Part shown: positions 1-12,420 of the stretch, one piece after another
How positions within the stretch are numbered: the first letter of the stretch is position 1
Layout of the letters: each line of letters begins with the position of its first letter
Assembly: GCF_009914755.1 (NCBI RefSeq)
Contig: NC_060926.1
From: the human T2T-CHM13v2.0 reference genome, Homo sapiens
DNA: 64,000 nucleotides
Direction: 5' to 3' (one strand)
Program-made: the position numbers and the translations under genes
Notes under the pieces: model-generated
Database searches by the model: none
The model's input: the letters and a program-made list of their open reading frames with translations, nothing else
What the model was told of the DNA's origin: nothing

Positions 1-360
1 GCCACGGGACTTTGCGGCACCTCGCCCGGGCACTCTGGCAGCCCAGAGGGAGCTCATCACCTGATCAAGCCCAGCAAGTGCCAGCCGGCTGCGCTGAGGG
101 TGGGGCCTGCCAAGCCTGCGCCCACCCCAAACCCACGCTGGCCCGCGAGTGCCACGTGCAGCCCCAGGTGCCGCCCGTGCCTCTCCCTCCACACCTCCCT
201 GCGAGCAGAGGGAGCCGGCTCCGGCCCTGACCAGCCCCAGAGAAGGGCCCCCACAGTGCAGAGGTGGGCTGAAGGGCTCCTCGAGCAGGGCCATAGCAGA
301 TGCCGAGGCCCAGGAGGCACCGAGAGCGAGCGAAGGCTATTAGCACGTCATCACCTCTCA
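1..360 (-). mobile_element. LTR12 (HERV9 3' LTR), 5' portion; runs off the window start
   Basis: The reverse complement begins TGAGAGGTGATGACGTGCTAATAGCCTTCGCTCGCTCTCGG, matching the LTR12 start. It is GC-rich and directly preceded on the minus strand by a polypurine tract (AGAGGGGGGGAT, 361-372). Confidence 0.9.
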
Positions 361-1537
361 ATCCCCCCCTCTAAACAGGACAGCCCAACTGCTGTTGGGA
401 ATTTGGCCGATGACCACTCTAGCTACTTCCTGCTGGATAGGGGTGAAGAAGTGGCCCTGCAGTTGTAGTGTCCTCCAGAGGGGAACTCTTTAGGCCAGTG
501 GAAGGGCTAGCGGGTCGGTCCAGGGGTCCTCGGTAGATGGTAAGACCATCTGTAGCTTGATGGCCTTGATTCTAGAAGAAACAAATTTGACACGAAGGTT
601 AAAGATACAGGGCCCAAAGGCGAGTAACAGCAAGATGGCTGCCACAGGACCTAGAAAGGGGAGAAGCCAGGTTGCCCAACTCCAGAGGTTGGTATAAGAG
701 TTTGAAAGTCATTATCTGATTTCAGAAGCCTTTTCCTGTAAACACCAGGTGGCATCTCCTACTATCCCTGACTGGTCAGTGTAAAAACAACACTGTTCCC
801 CTAAGAAGGTGCAGAGTCCTCCTTTTTCAGCAGTGAGGAGGTCTAGGCCTTGGTGGTTTTGGAGAGTCACTGCTGCCAAAGAGTCTATTTGGGACTGTAA
901 AGTAAAGATAGATTTCGTTATTTCTTGCAAACTGTCTGAGAGATCCTTTGAGAGTGTGTGGTAGTAGGACAGTGAAGTAGATAAACTGGCTATTCTGGTT
1001 CCTGTAACAGTAGCCATTCCTAACCCTATAAGTAGGGGTATTAGTTGTATGGCTCTGCACTGACGGACTTGAGCTTTGAGGGGTACTGATAAGGTTTGAC
1101 TTCCTGGGGCAATGTTAATGTTGGGACTTAGAAAGACTAAGGCACAGGTGCCTGTCCAGTTAGTGGGGCGGCAGATATAGGTCAAAGATCCACATAAATA
1201 GAATATGCCTTGGCTGGGTAGAAAGAAATTTACCCTGGCTTTTAAAGGAATAGGGTACACTGTTTTTTATTTACTACTTCCATCTCTCTTTCTTTCTCTT
1301 TGACTTCTTCTTTGTCTCTCTCTTTCTCTCTGACTCCCTATTTGCCACTCTCTTCCTCTATCTCTCTGACTTTCTGCCTCCATCTCTTCCTCTTTCTGTG
1401 TCTCTCTCTTTCCTTCTGCTGGTCTTTCCCGGCCTCTGCCAGCCGCTTATGCTGCTGTTCTCCCCTCTCCTTCCCCTTTTTGATGGCTTTGGACCAGTAA
1501 AACTGCCACCTCCTTGGGTTTTTGCACTGCGTGCAAT
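361..1537 (-). mobile_element. HERV9 internal fragment: RNase H tail, GA-rich tract, env 3' part and PPT; 5'-truncated and internally deleted
   Basis: Minus strand near 1500-1537 reads HAVQKPKEVAVL (gammaretroviral RNase H C-terminus). A GA-rich tract at ~1265-1420 is followed by env and the PPT abutting LTR12. Confidence 0.85.
712..1260 (-). pseudogene. env: ERV1 env remnant (SU C-terminus and TM ectodomain)
   Basis: The ORF contains an RQCR/AIQLIPLLIGLG cleavage site and fusion peptide, the immunosuppressive motif LQNHQGLDLLTAEKGGL and the CX6CC motif CTFLGEQCC. The listed start is GTG, there is no signal peptide, and it stops before the membrane anchor. Confidence 0.9.
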
Positions 1538-1598
1538 GCTAGTACATGTGTCGAGGGCCTTAGAAGCAAAGTGTTCTTTAAACAGCAAGTCTTGACCT

Positions 1599-1691
1599 AT
1601 TAGTGGAGCATTAAATCTAGTAGTGAGTAAGGCCAGCATTATGGCCATTAGTGGAACATTAAATCTAGTAGTGGGTAAGGCCAGCATTATG
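1599..1691. repeat. 48-bp tandem duplication (2 copies)
   Basis: ATTAGTGGA(G/A)CATTAAATCTAGTAGTG(A/G)GTAAGGCCAGCATTATG starts at 1599 and again at 1647. Confidence 0.9.
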
Positions 1692-1849
1692 AAGAGATGT
1701 AGTAAAATAGAATTTTAAAAGCCAGTGTGTCACATGTGGTAAGGGTAAGTATTTTTCATGGAAATACACACAGATACATATATATCATACACATATATAT
1801 GTTCTGTTTATTGGTTAATGATGTAAAACGGATTTTCACTGGATCCAGT

Positions 1850-4180
1850 GAGAAGCATTTAGAAGCTGTAGTTCTAGTTGTATTCCCAAGAGAAATTTTC
1901 TGTTCACATGGTAGACTCATCTTCCAACGTGGTAGATATTTCCAGATTCATCTCCAAAGTGGTTGTGGCAATTTTTATACCACCCTACCTCTATTTATTT
2001 GACCAGTCTAATGGGTAAGAAATTGTATCTCGTAGTAATTTTAATTTTTCTTTTCTGGATTAGTGGTGCAAGCTGAGTATTTGGAATATTTATTGCCCAT
2101 TCAGGTTGCCTAATTTACAACATTTTTCCCTTTGCTTATTGAATCATTTGCTTTTTAATGATTTTGAGGTGTATGTATTTGATACTAATCCTCTTTCTGT
2201 TACACATATGGCTAATCTCCTCCTTGTCTGTCTTGTTTTTCACTTTATTTATTATGTATTTTTTGTAAGTTTTTATTTTAACGTGTCAAAAATAATCAAT
2301 TTTTTCCTTTATGGATTGTTCTTTTTGAAACCTTTCTAAGGAATCCTTGTGTTTCTAAGGAAACAGTTAGTTTGTTTGTAGAAAGGGACCTCACTATGTT
2401 ACCCATGCTGATCTTGAACTCCTGGCCCGAAGGGATGCTCCTTGCTTTGGTCTCCCTAAGTGCTGATATTACAGAATGGAGCCACTGCATCCAGACCCTG
2501 TTGAAGCATTTAAAGAACTAGTTAACTCTGTTCTATTTACCAAATAGCACATCCTTTCCCCCTGATTTGTTGTGTACTATGTGTACATGATGTTGTGCCT
2601 GGGTTTTCTGTTCTCCCCAGGGGTCTGTACCTGTAGCCTCACATCAGCACCACAATACCCTGCTTTCACTGTCACATGCCCTGATAGGTCCAGACACCTA
2701 TGTTCTTCAAAACTGCCTTGGTTCTTTCTGTCCCTCTGGCTCATCTACAAAAAATTTAGGATTGGTTCAAATTTTATAGAAGTGTATGGGTTTTTTTTAC
2801 AGTTACATATAATTTATAAATTTATAAAGTATAAATGACATTTTTATAATTATTGAAGCTTTAAATCTCTGACCAAATTTTATCTCTCCAGGTCTCCTAT
2901 AAGTCTCCTTTAAATACTTCCATAATTTTAAGTTTCCTTATGGCTGCTTTAACATATTTTCTTCTATGGATATTATAGCTTTTGCAACTATTTTGAAAAT
3001 GGAATTTTCCATTAAATGTTTTAACAAGCATTAGTAATTATTGATGTGTAGAAGCACTATTTACTTTTGAATGTTGATCTTATATCTGGTCAGAATGTTA
3101 ATCTCTCTGGAGTTGTGATTTTATTAATAGCTTCTTTTTGATTTTCTAGGCAGGCTGTCGTAATCTCAAAATAAGGATGGTTTGATCACTTCTTCCAATG
3201 TTGGTACCTTTTTTCCTTTTAACTTTTACAGCCACATCTTTAATGACCATATTGTTTTCAAACTGTAAATGTTATACATGAATTGGTTAAAAATTTTTAA
3301 ACTACAGAGAAAAGAATGAAAAAAATAAAACCCCAAATACTACCACCGAGTAGACTATTGTTAAGATTTTGTTTTTACTATTTAAATTAAAAAAATTATT
3401 TACAGTAAAATTTGCTGTTTTGGGGAAGGACAGTTTTGTGATTTTTGACAAATATATAGAGTCTTAAAACCACCACTACAATCAGAATATGGGGAAGTCC
3501 CTCATTCCAAATTGTTTCTTCATGCTGTGGCTGTGTAAGCAAACCCTCCTACCTCTAATCTTTGATAACTATGAATCTATTCTCTGTCCTTGCAGTCTGT
3601 GCCTTTTCCAGAATGCCATATAAATGGAAACATATAGCATATAACCTTCTCGGTCTAGGTTTTTTAACTTACAATAATGCTTTTGAGATTTATCCATTGT
3701 TGGGTATATCAATCATTCATTACTTTGAATGTTTAATAGTATTGCCTTGTATGGATATAACACAGCTTGTTTATTCAACCATAGAAGGACTTTTGAGTTG
3801 TTTTCAATTTTTTACAATGAAAAATAATGCTGCTATAAATACTCACATACAGGCTTTTGTGTGAATATAATTTTTCATTTCTCTTGGAAAAAAACTTGAG
3901 TGGGATTATGGAGTCATATGGTAAGTGTATATTTGAAATACAGGAAACAATGTACTATTATCCATAATGTCTTTACTATTTTGCATTCTCTCCAGCAATG
4001 TATGAGAGTTCTAAATGCTCTGCATCCTTCCAGCACTTGGTATTGTTATATATGTATTTGAAATTTTAACTACTTTAATAGGTGAATAATGGCATCTCAT
4101 TGTGATTTTAAATAATGTTAAAAATTTATAAAACGCATTTTATTTTAGAACACTTTCAGATTTACAGAAATATTGTAAAG
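1850..4180 (-). mobile_element. Ancient L1M fragments (ORF2 3' end and 3' UTR)
   Basis: T-rich sequence with degenerate antisense L1 motifs such as TTTGCATTCTCTCCAGCAATGTATGAGAGTTC and ATCTCATTGTGATTTTA. Confidence 0.7.
2370..2498 (-). mobile_element. FLAM / Alu monomer
   Basis: CTCACTATGTTACCCATGCTGATCTTGAACTCCTGG...GTGCTGATATTACAG...GAGCCACTGCATCCAG is a single diverged left arm. Confidence 0.75.
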
Positions 4181-4186
4181 ATAATA

Positions 4187-4472
4187 CACATGGTCCCTGA
4201 CTTGATGATTCTACTTATGACTTTTCAATTTTACAATGAGACTAAAGCAATACGCATTCAACAGAAACCCTATTTCAAGTTATTATAAAATAGGTTTTGT
4301 GTTAGATGATTTTGCCCAAATGTAGGCTCATACCAGTATTCTGAGCACATTTGAGGTAGGCTAGGCTAAGCTGTGCCCAGCTGTCTTTGGTAGGTTAGGT
4401 GTGTTAAGTACATTTTTTGATTTATGATATTTTCATCTTACAATGGGTTTATTATAAGTCGAGGAGCATCTG
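4187..4472 (-). mobile_element. MER47-like Tigger-family MITE
   Basis: One end reads CAGATGCTCCTCGACTTA on the minus strand and the other CACATGGTCCCTGACTT (imperfect terminal inverted repeats). Internal GTAGGCTAGGCTAAGCT motif. Confidence 0.8.
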
Positions 4473-5094
4473 TGTAGAGAATTACCATATACTCTCAAAT
4501 TATTATTTGTCTGATGTTTTTCACATGATTAGACTGGGCTAATATGTTTTTGGGAAAAACCTCAGAGACAAAATATTATTTTCACTGCATCATATCAAAT
4601 GTACATGCTATCAAATGATTTACTGTTGATGTTAACCTTGACTATCTGGCTGACATAGTGACTGTCAGCCTTCTCCACTGTAAAGTTACTTTTTTCCTTC
4701 GTTTTCATACTGAATGCTTTGGAGGAAAGTCACTCAATTTGTCCTGTTTTGGCATTCAGGATCTCTTTCACTTGGCTCCTGTGTCCCTCTGAATTATCCC
4801 TCATCATTGTGGTGCTTTGTATAAAATATTTTCTTAGCATTTCCTTAGTTTCTGACACTTAAATATGCTTCCTGTTCATCTTGTATATTTCCTGTTTCTG
4901 TTCTAGCATTCGTCATTTCTCCAAGGAGCCCTGCTTCCTTCTCTAGGAGAATGGTGTTAAAAGCCAAGGTCTGGGGATAGATTTGCTCATTGCTATGAGG
5001 GTTTTGTTGCTATTAATTCCTCTGAGTTGACAGAGCAAGGAAATGCATGCGTGTATCCTAAACCATGTATATATAATTATTTATAAATATTTCT

Positions 5095-5407
5095 TTTTTT
5101 AATTTTATTTCTTATTTTTTTTGAGATGGAGTCTTGCTCTGTCACCCAGACTGGAGTGCCATTGCACCATCTCAGCTCACTGCAAGCTCCGCCTCCCGGG
5201 TTCACACCATTCTCCTGCCTCACTCAGCCTCCCGAGTAGCTGGGACTACAGGTACCCGCCACCGCGCCTGGCTAATTTTTTGTATTTTCAGTAGAGACGG
5301 GGTTTCACCTTGTTAGCCACGATGGTCTCGATCTCCTGACCTTGTGATCTCACCGCCTCGGCCTCCCAAAGTCCTGGGATTACAGGAGTGAGCAACCATG
5401 CCTGGCC
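5095..5407 (-). mobile_element. AluY-like element
   Basis: Full dimer with GCAAGCTCCGCC and TTAGCCA.GATGGTCTCGATCTCC diagnostics. 13-bp TSD TATAAATATTTCT at 5082-5094 and 5408-5420. Confidence 0.92.
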
Positions 5408-5595
5408 TATAAATATTTCTATATGTAACTATCTGAATGTATATTAAGCTATGCTTGAGTTCATAGTGATGTCTCTAACTATCAGTTACCATATGGATCA
5501 TGTGGAACCTGGCTCCCACCACCAGCCATCCGTTTGCTTAATTGCTCAATTCTAGTATACACGTGTAATGGTATTAGAAGTGTTAACCTTATCCC

Positions 5596-6116
5596 TGTCA
5601 AAGTGAAAAATGCACTGAACACAATTAACAAGAAGGGAATACTTTATTCAATACTATCACAATAGAAGAAAAGGACTGAACTCAACTCCACTGAAACAAA
5701 AGGTGGCAGGTTTGTTGAGTGCTGAGCGAGCTATTGGAAAAGTACTGGAGGATCTTAGCGGGATGGTTGCTCAATAGGATGTGTCACGCACATTGAGTTA
5801 TTCCTGAGTTTGCAAATGTGTTTTTCTGTGATTAGGGTTTGCTAATTGGCACTAATCAAAGTTAGACTCCTACTCTTCCAGAGAATAGAAGACAGGGGTT
5901 CCCAGGTACTTGAGAAAGGCATTTCTTGAATTATAAAACTAGTAAGAAACTGAAAGAAGATTCACATACATTTAAAAAGAGACAGAGGAAACTTTTACAA
6001 TTAGGAGTTTTCTAAACTAAATGCTCTAAGGAAAGGAAGGTCATCGCCACAGAGGCAGAAAGAAGCCCCTCTAAACTTTAGCCAATCTGAGGGAAACATT
6101 AAGGCTGCCTTGGTTA
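5596..6116 (-). mobile_element. Solo ERV1 LTR (MER31/MER67-like)
   Basis: TGTCA...TGGTTA termini with 4-bp TSD TCCC at 5592-5595 and 6117-6120. The family is from recall. Confidence 0.6.
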
Positions 6117-6283
6117 TCCCTGTGAGAAACATTTTTATCAGTAAGAGTAAAGTACTTATGTGCAAGTTCTTTTGCCATTACAAGATGCCACTCATTTCCA
6201 AAATCACTTAGGTCGGCAACTCCCCCCAGCCTCCTTCAGTGAGGGAGTTTCATATATTTGTAACAGAGTTAAATTGTTTTGTC

Positions 6284-6697
<414 letters not shown>

Positions 6698-6764
6698 TTA
6701 AGGTTTATTCTCTTTGTGGTTAAGTTGTATGGGTTTTGAAAAACAAATAATACTATGGATCTAC

Positions 6765-7415
6765 TGTATTAGTTTGCTAAAGCTGCCATAACAAAATACC
6801 ACAGACTGGAGGCATAGACTACAGAAATTCATATTCTTGTAGCTCTGGAGGCTGGAAGTCTGAGATCAAGCTGTCAGCACGGTTGATTTCTCTTGAGGCC
6901 TCTCTGGTTGGCTTGCAGACATCTGCTTCTTCTGGTGCCGTCACATGGCTGTCCCTATTGGGCATGTCCCTACATGGCCGTCTGTATTGTTTGTGTCTTG
7001 TTCTCCTCTTCTTATGAGGACACCAGTCATACTGGATTAGGGCCCACTCAAATGGCCTCATTGTAACTTAATCACTTTTTTTTTTTTTTTTGAGATGGAG
7101 TTTTGCTCTTTTGCCCAGGCTGGAGTAAGTGGTGCGATCTCGACTCACTGCAGCCTCCGCCTCCTGGTTCAAGCAATTCCCCTCCCTCAGCCTCCTGAGT
7201 AACTGGGATTACAAGCACCCACCACCATGCCCAACTAATTTTTGTATTTTTAGTAAAGAAGGGGTTTCACCATGTTGGTCAGGCTGGTCTTGAACTCCTG
7301 ACCTCAGGTGATGATCCACCCACTTCAGCCTCCCAAAGTGCTCGGATTACAGGCATGAGCCACCATGCTGGGTTGAACTTAATCACCTTTCAGAATACCC
7401 TATCTCTAAGCACAG
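6765..7415 (-). mobile_element. MLT1A-like MaLR LTR interrupted by an Alu
   Basis: TGTATTAGTTTGCTAAAGCTGCCATAACAAAATACCACAGACTG...CTGGAGGCTGGAAGTCTGAGATCAAG...GGATTAGGGCCCAC. Confidence 0.8.
7076..7374 (-). mobile_element. AluS element
   Basis: Poly-T followed by an Alu dimer. TSD AACTTAATCAC at 7065-7075 and 7376-7386. Confidence 0.92.
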
Positions 7416-8744
7416 TTTGGCCCAGTACAGTTTCATACAGAAGAATTACACTGTTTTAAAAAAATACTCTATGGTTCACCCATTTCACTTTTCCCCCCTA
7501 ATTCAAACCCTTGGCAAACACTGATGTTTTACTGTCTAAATGATTTTGTCTTTTCTGAAACGACATATAATGGAATTACACCATGTGTAATCTTTTCAGA
7601 CTACCTTCTTTCACTTAACAATATATATTTAAGATTCATCTGTATCTCTTTGTGCCTTGATAGCTCATTTCTTTTTATTGCTGATTCTTTTTATCCATCT
7701 GGTGAATGTACTACAGTTTATCCATTCACTTACTGAAGAATATCTTCCTTGCTTCTAGTTTTTGATGATTATGCATAAAGCTGTTGTAAACATTTGTGTG
7801 CAGGTTTGTATACAGACGTATTTTCAAATCATTTGGGTAAATACCTAGGAACAGAATTGCTGGATTTTATGGTAAAATTAGGTATAGCATTGTAAATGCT
7901 ATAAAACTGTCTTCCACTGTTTGAATAGCTGTACAATTTTTCATTCTCAGCACTAATTAATGAGAGTTTTTTTTACTCCACATTCTTGTTAGCATTTGGT
8001 ATTGTCTGATTTTAGATTCTAACCATTTTAATAGGTGTATGAGGATATCTCATTGTTGTTTTAGTTTGAAATTCCCTAATGCCAAATACTGTTGAACATC
8101 TTTTTATGTACTTATTGACCATCTATTGGGTAGCTACTTTGGTGAGGTGTCTGTTCAGATCTTTTGTTCATTTTTAAAATTTGCTTTTCTGTTATTTTAT
8201 TGTTAAGCTTCAAGATTTTTGTGTGTTTTGAGTACAAGTCCTTTATTCGATATGCGTGTCTCACATTTTTCCCCAGTCTGTGACTTGCTGTTTTATGCTC
8301 TTAGTATTGTTTTCACAGAGTGAAGCTTTTAATTTTAATAAAATTATACTTATCACTCTTTTTTCCTTCAAGGATCATCATCTTATTGTTGCATGTAAAG
8401 AGCCTTCACCCAACCCAAGGGAACTTTGATTTCTCCTGTTTTCTTTGGAGGTTTTATAGTTTTTAATTTTACATTTAGGTCTATGATACAGTTTGAATTA
8501 ATGTTTGTGGACATTGTAAGGTCTGTGTATGGTTTCATTTTTTTCTTTTGCATTTGTTCTGTTAATCTATATGTGCCTTCTTTCACCAATACCACACTAT
8601 CTAGATTCCTGTAGTCTCAACATCAAATAGTTGAGTCCTCCAGCATTATTCTTCTTCAGTATTGTGTTAATTGCTCTGGGTCTTTTGCCTTTCCATGTAC
8701 ACTTTAAAATTTGATTGTTAATATCTACAAAAAAGGTTGCTTGC

Positions 8745-10265
8745 ATATAGAATTGCAAGAAACCCCACTAGCCAAAACAATCTTGAAAAAAAAAAAAAGA
8801 ACAAAGTTGGAGGACTCATACTTCCTGATTTCAAAACATACTACAAAGCTGCAGCAATCTAAAAGGTTTGGTACTGTAATAAAACTAGACAAATACACCA
8901 GTGAAATAGAACTGAGAGCCCAAAAAGAAGCCCTTACAGTAATGGGCAATTGATTTTCAACAAGTGTGCCAAGATCATTTAATAGTGAAGGGAGAGTGTC
9001 TTGAACAAATTATGCTGGGGCAACTGTATATCCACATTCAGTAAAATGAATTGGACTCCTATCTCATACTATATATAAATTAACTCAAAGTAGTACAAAC
9101 ACGCAAATATAAGGGCTAAGTTATAAAACTCTTGGAAGAAAACAGGAGTAATTATTGTTGACCTTGGATTTGTTAAAGGAGTCCTAAATATGATGCCAAA
9201 AGCAAGAGCAACACAAGCAAAAATAGATAAACTGGATTCCATTAAAATTAAAAACTTTTGCCATAAAATGACACTATCAAGAAACTGAAAAGAAAACCTA
9301 CAACATGATCATTCAGTATCCAGTATATATAAAGAACTCCTATAACTCAAATACAATAAGACAGATACCCCTCAAAAAATCTGGACAAAGAACTTGAATA
9401 GACATTTCTCCAGAGATACACATATTCACAAAAATATTTGAAAAGGTGTTGAATGTCATTAGTCTTTAACAAGATGTAAATCAAAAGCAAAATGAGATGC
9501 CACTTCACACCCACCAGGATAACAATAATAATAATTTTAAAAAACAACAATTGGCAAGGATGTGGAGTAATTGAAATTCTTATACATTGCTAGAGGGAAT
9601 GGAGAATGGTTTACTTGCTATGGAAAACAATTTGGCAGTTCCTCAAAAAATTCAACAGAATTACTATATGATCCAATAATGTCACTCATAGAAATAGACC
9701 AAAAAGGATTGTAAACGGGTATTCAAACAAATACTTATACACAAACGTTTACAGCAGCACTTTTCAGAACAATCAAAAGATGGTGATAACCAAAATGTGC
9801 ATCAGTGGATGAGTGGATGAACAAAATTTGGTAGATCCATACAATGAAATATTATTAATCCATAATAAGGAATTAAGGACTAATACATGTTACAATGTGG
9901 AAGAATCTCAAAAGCTTTATGGCAATTGAAAGATGTCAGACACAAAAGGTCACATGTTGTGTGACTCAATTTATCTGCAATATCTAGAAAGGTAAATCCA
10001 TAGATACAGAAAACATATTAGTGGTTACCATGGACTGAGGGGAATGGGAAGAGAAATGGGAATTAACTGCTTAAGAAGTAAGGGTCTTCTTTGGGCATGA
10101 TGAAAACGTTCTGGACTTTCAATGTGGGAAGATGAAAAATGTTTTGGAGATGGAATGTGGTGATGGTTGCACAATATTGCGAATATACTAAATGGCACTG
10201 AATTGTACACTTTAAAATGGCAAATTTTATGTTGCATGAATTTTACCTCAATTTAAAACAAAAGA
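8745..10265 (+). mobile_element. 5'-truncated L1MB/MC-type element in sense orientation, nested in the antisense L1
   Basis: ORF2-end remnant (LAKTILKK...TKLEDSYFLISK) followed by a 3' UTR ending TGAATTTTACCTCAATTTAAAA. Confidence 0.75.
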
Positions 10266-11985
10266 AAGCTCACAGGAATTTTGATTGGGATTGCATTGAA
10301 TATATAGATCAGTTTGGAAAGAATTGATGTCTTAACAAAATTGAGATTTAATAAGCATGGAATATTCCTCCATGTATTTATTCATGTAGACCTTCTTTGA
10401 CTTCTTTCATTAATGCTTTTTCATGTTCTGCATATAGATCCCGCACATAGACTTACACATAAGCATTTCAATTATTTTATTGCTAATGTAAAGGGTTTTT
10501 TTTCAATTTTTTTCATTGCTGATGTAAACAAAAGCAATTTTTAAAATATTTAGCTTGCATTCTGTAATTTTGCTGCAGAATGGTACTTGGTACTTATAGT
10601 TCCAAAATTTTTGTGTTGATTCTTTAGAAACTTCTACATAGACAATCAGGTCATCTGAGAATAAATACAATTTATTTATATATTTCCAATTTGTAGATTT
10701 TTATTTCATTTTTAAAAATAGCTAGGACTTCCAGTATGATATTGCAGTGTTAAGAAACAATACCCATGTCCTATTCCTGATCTTAGGAGGAAAGCATTAT
10801 TTTTCTCATGATTCAGCATAATGTTAGCTATATAATTTTTTTTATGAAGTTGAGAAAGTTTTCCTATACTTCTAAATTTCTGAGTTGAGGCAGTGCTTGT
10901 TAGATTTATTCACTGTACAGTTAAATTACCTCCTTTCTGTACTAGTCTTTGATACAAGTCAGAATGTGTAGCCCACATTGCTTATGTGCAGTTACTTCTA
11001 CTTTTAGTCTTACATACTACACTCATTTCCAAAGTTACTTAGGTTAGTACCCATTTCCCACACCTTCAAGGTAGGTTTTTGATTTATAGTTTTTAAGTGT
11101 TTGTTCTTTTATCTTACTTTGTTTTGATGTCAGGATCTGCAAGTACACATATGTTTGACATCATTTTCTTGTCTTCTATATTTAACACTTTTGACCGAAT
11201 CCTTTTCATCATTTCTTCTGAATTCTCTAAGCCTTTTAATATTTATTTTATATGCTTTTATGTTAATTTGATGGTGTTAATCTTGTTTTCAGTGAAATTC
11301 AGTTTCCATTTCTGAAATAATTTTGTCTTTTTAAAATTTATTTTCTAAGTTATGCAAATTTCTAATTAACATTTTTCTCTTGTCTACTAATTTACTCTCT
11401 AAGATTTCTTAAAAATTTAAAAATATTTTTCTTGACTGCATTTGCTCATTTAAAGATGTGTTGTTTTGAATTTGTTTTTTTGCTATTTACTCTGATTTGT
11501 GACTGCACTTTCTAGCAAGTTTTATTCTGTTTCTTACAAGCTCTGCTTTTATTATTCTATTTTTGTAAGTATTAAGCATTTCTTTTCTTGTATTAATTAT
11601 TGAATGATTTGGCTCATCCTGGGTCACGTATTAACAGAAGAACCATATTGTTGGAATGTTTAAGGGCACTTTCCCCATTTCTCAACTTAAGAAGGTTTCC
11701 CTTCTCTCTTATCACAGGGAAGCCTCATTTTTTCATATGTAACTGTCGCCTTAATTTTTCCATACTTCTCACAACTGTTATCTTGACTCTTCCTTTTCTT
11801 CTATGTTTCTTTATTGGTTCTCAAATGTATCTTTATCATTTCTACATGCTGCCTTTTGTGTGTGCGTGTTGTGGTAAATTATAAATATTGGCTATAAATA
11901 TTTGGGTTTACTTATGAACTCTTAATTCTATTCCATTGATGTATATGTATATAATTGTCCCAATATTATACTTAATTGACAACTA

Positions 11986-12420
<435 letters not shown>

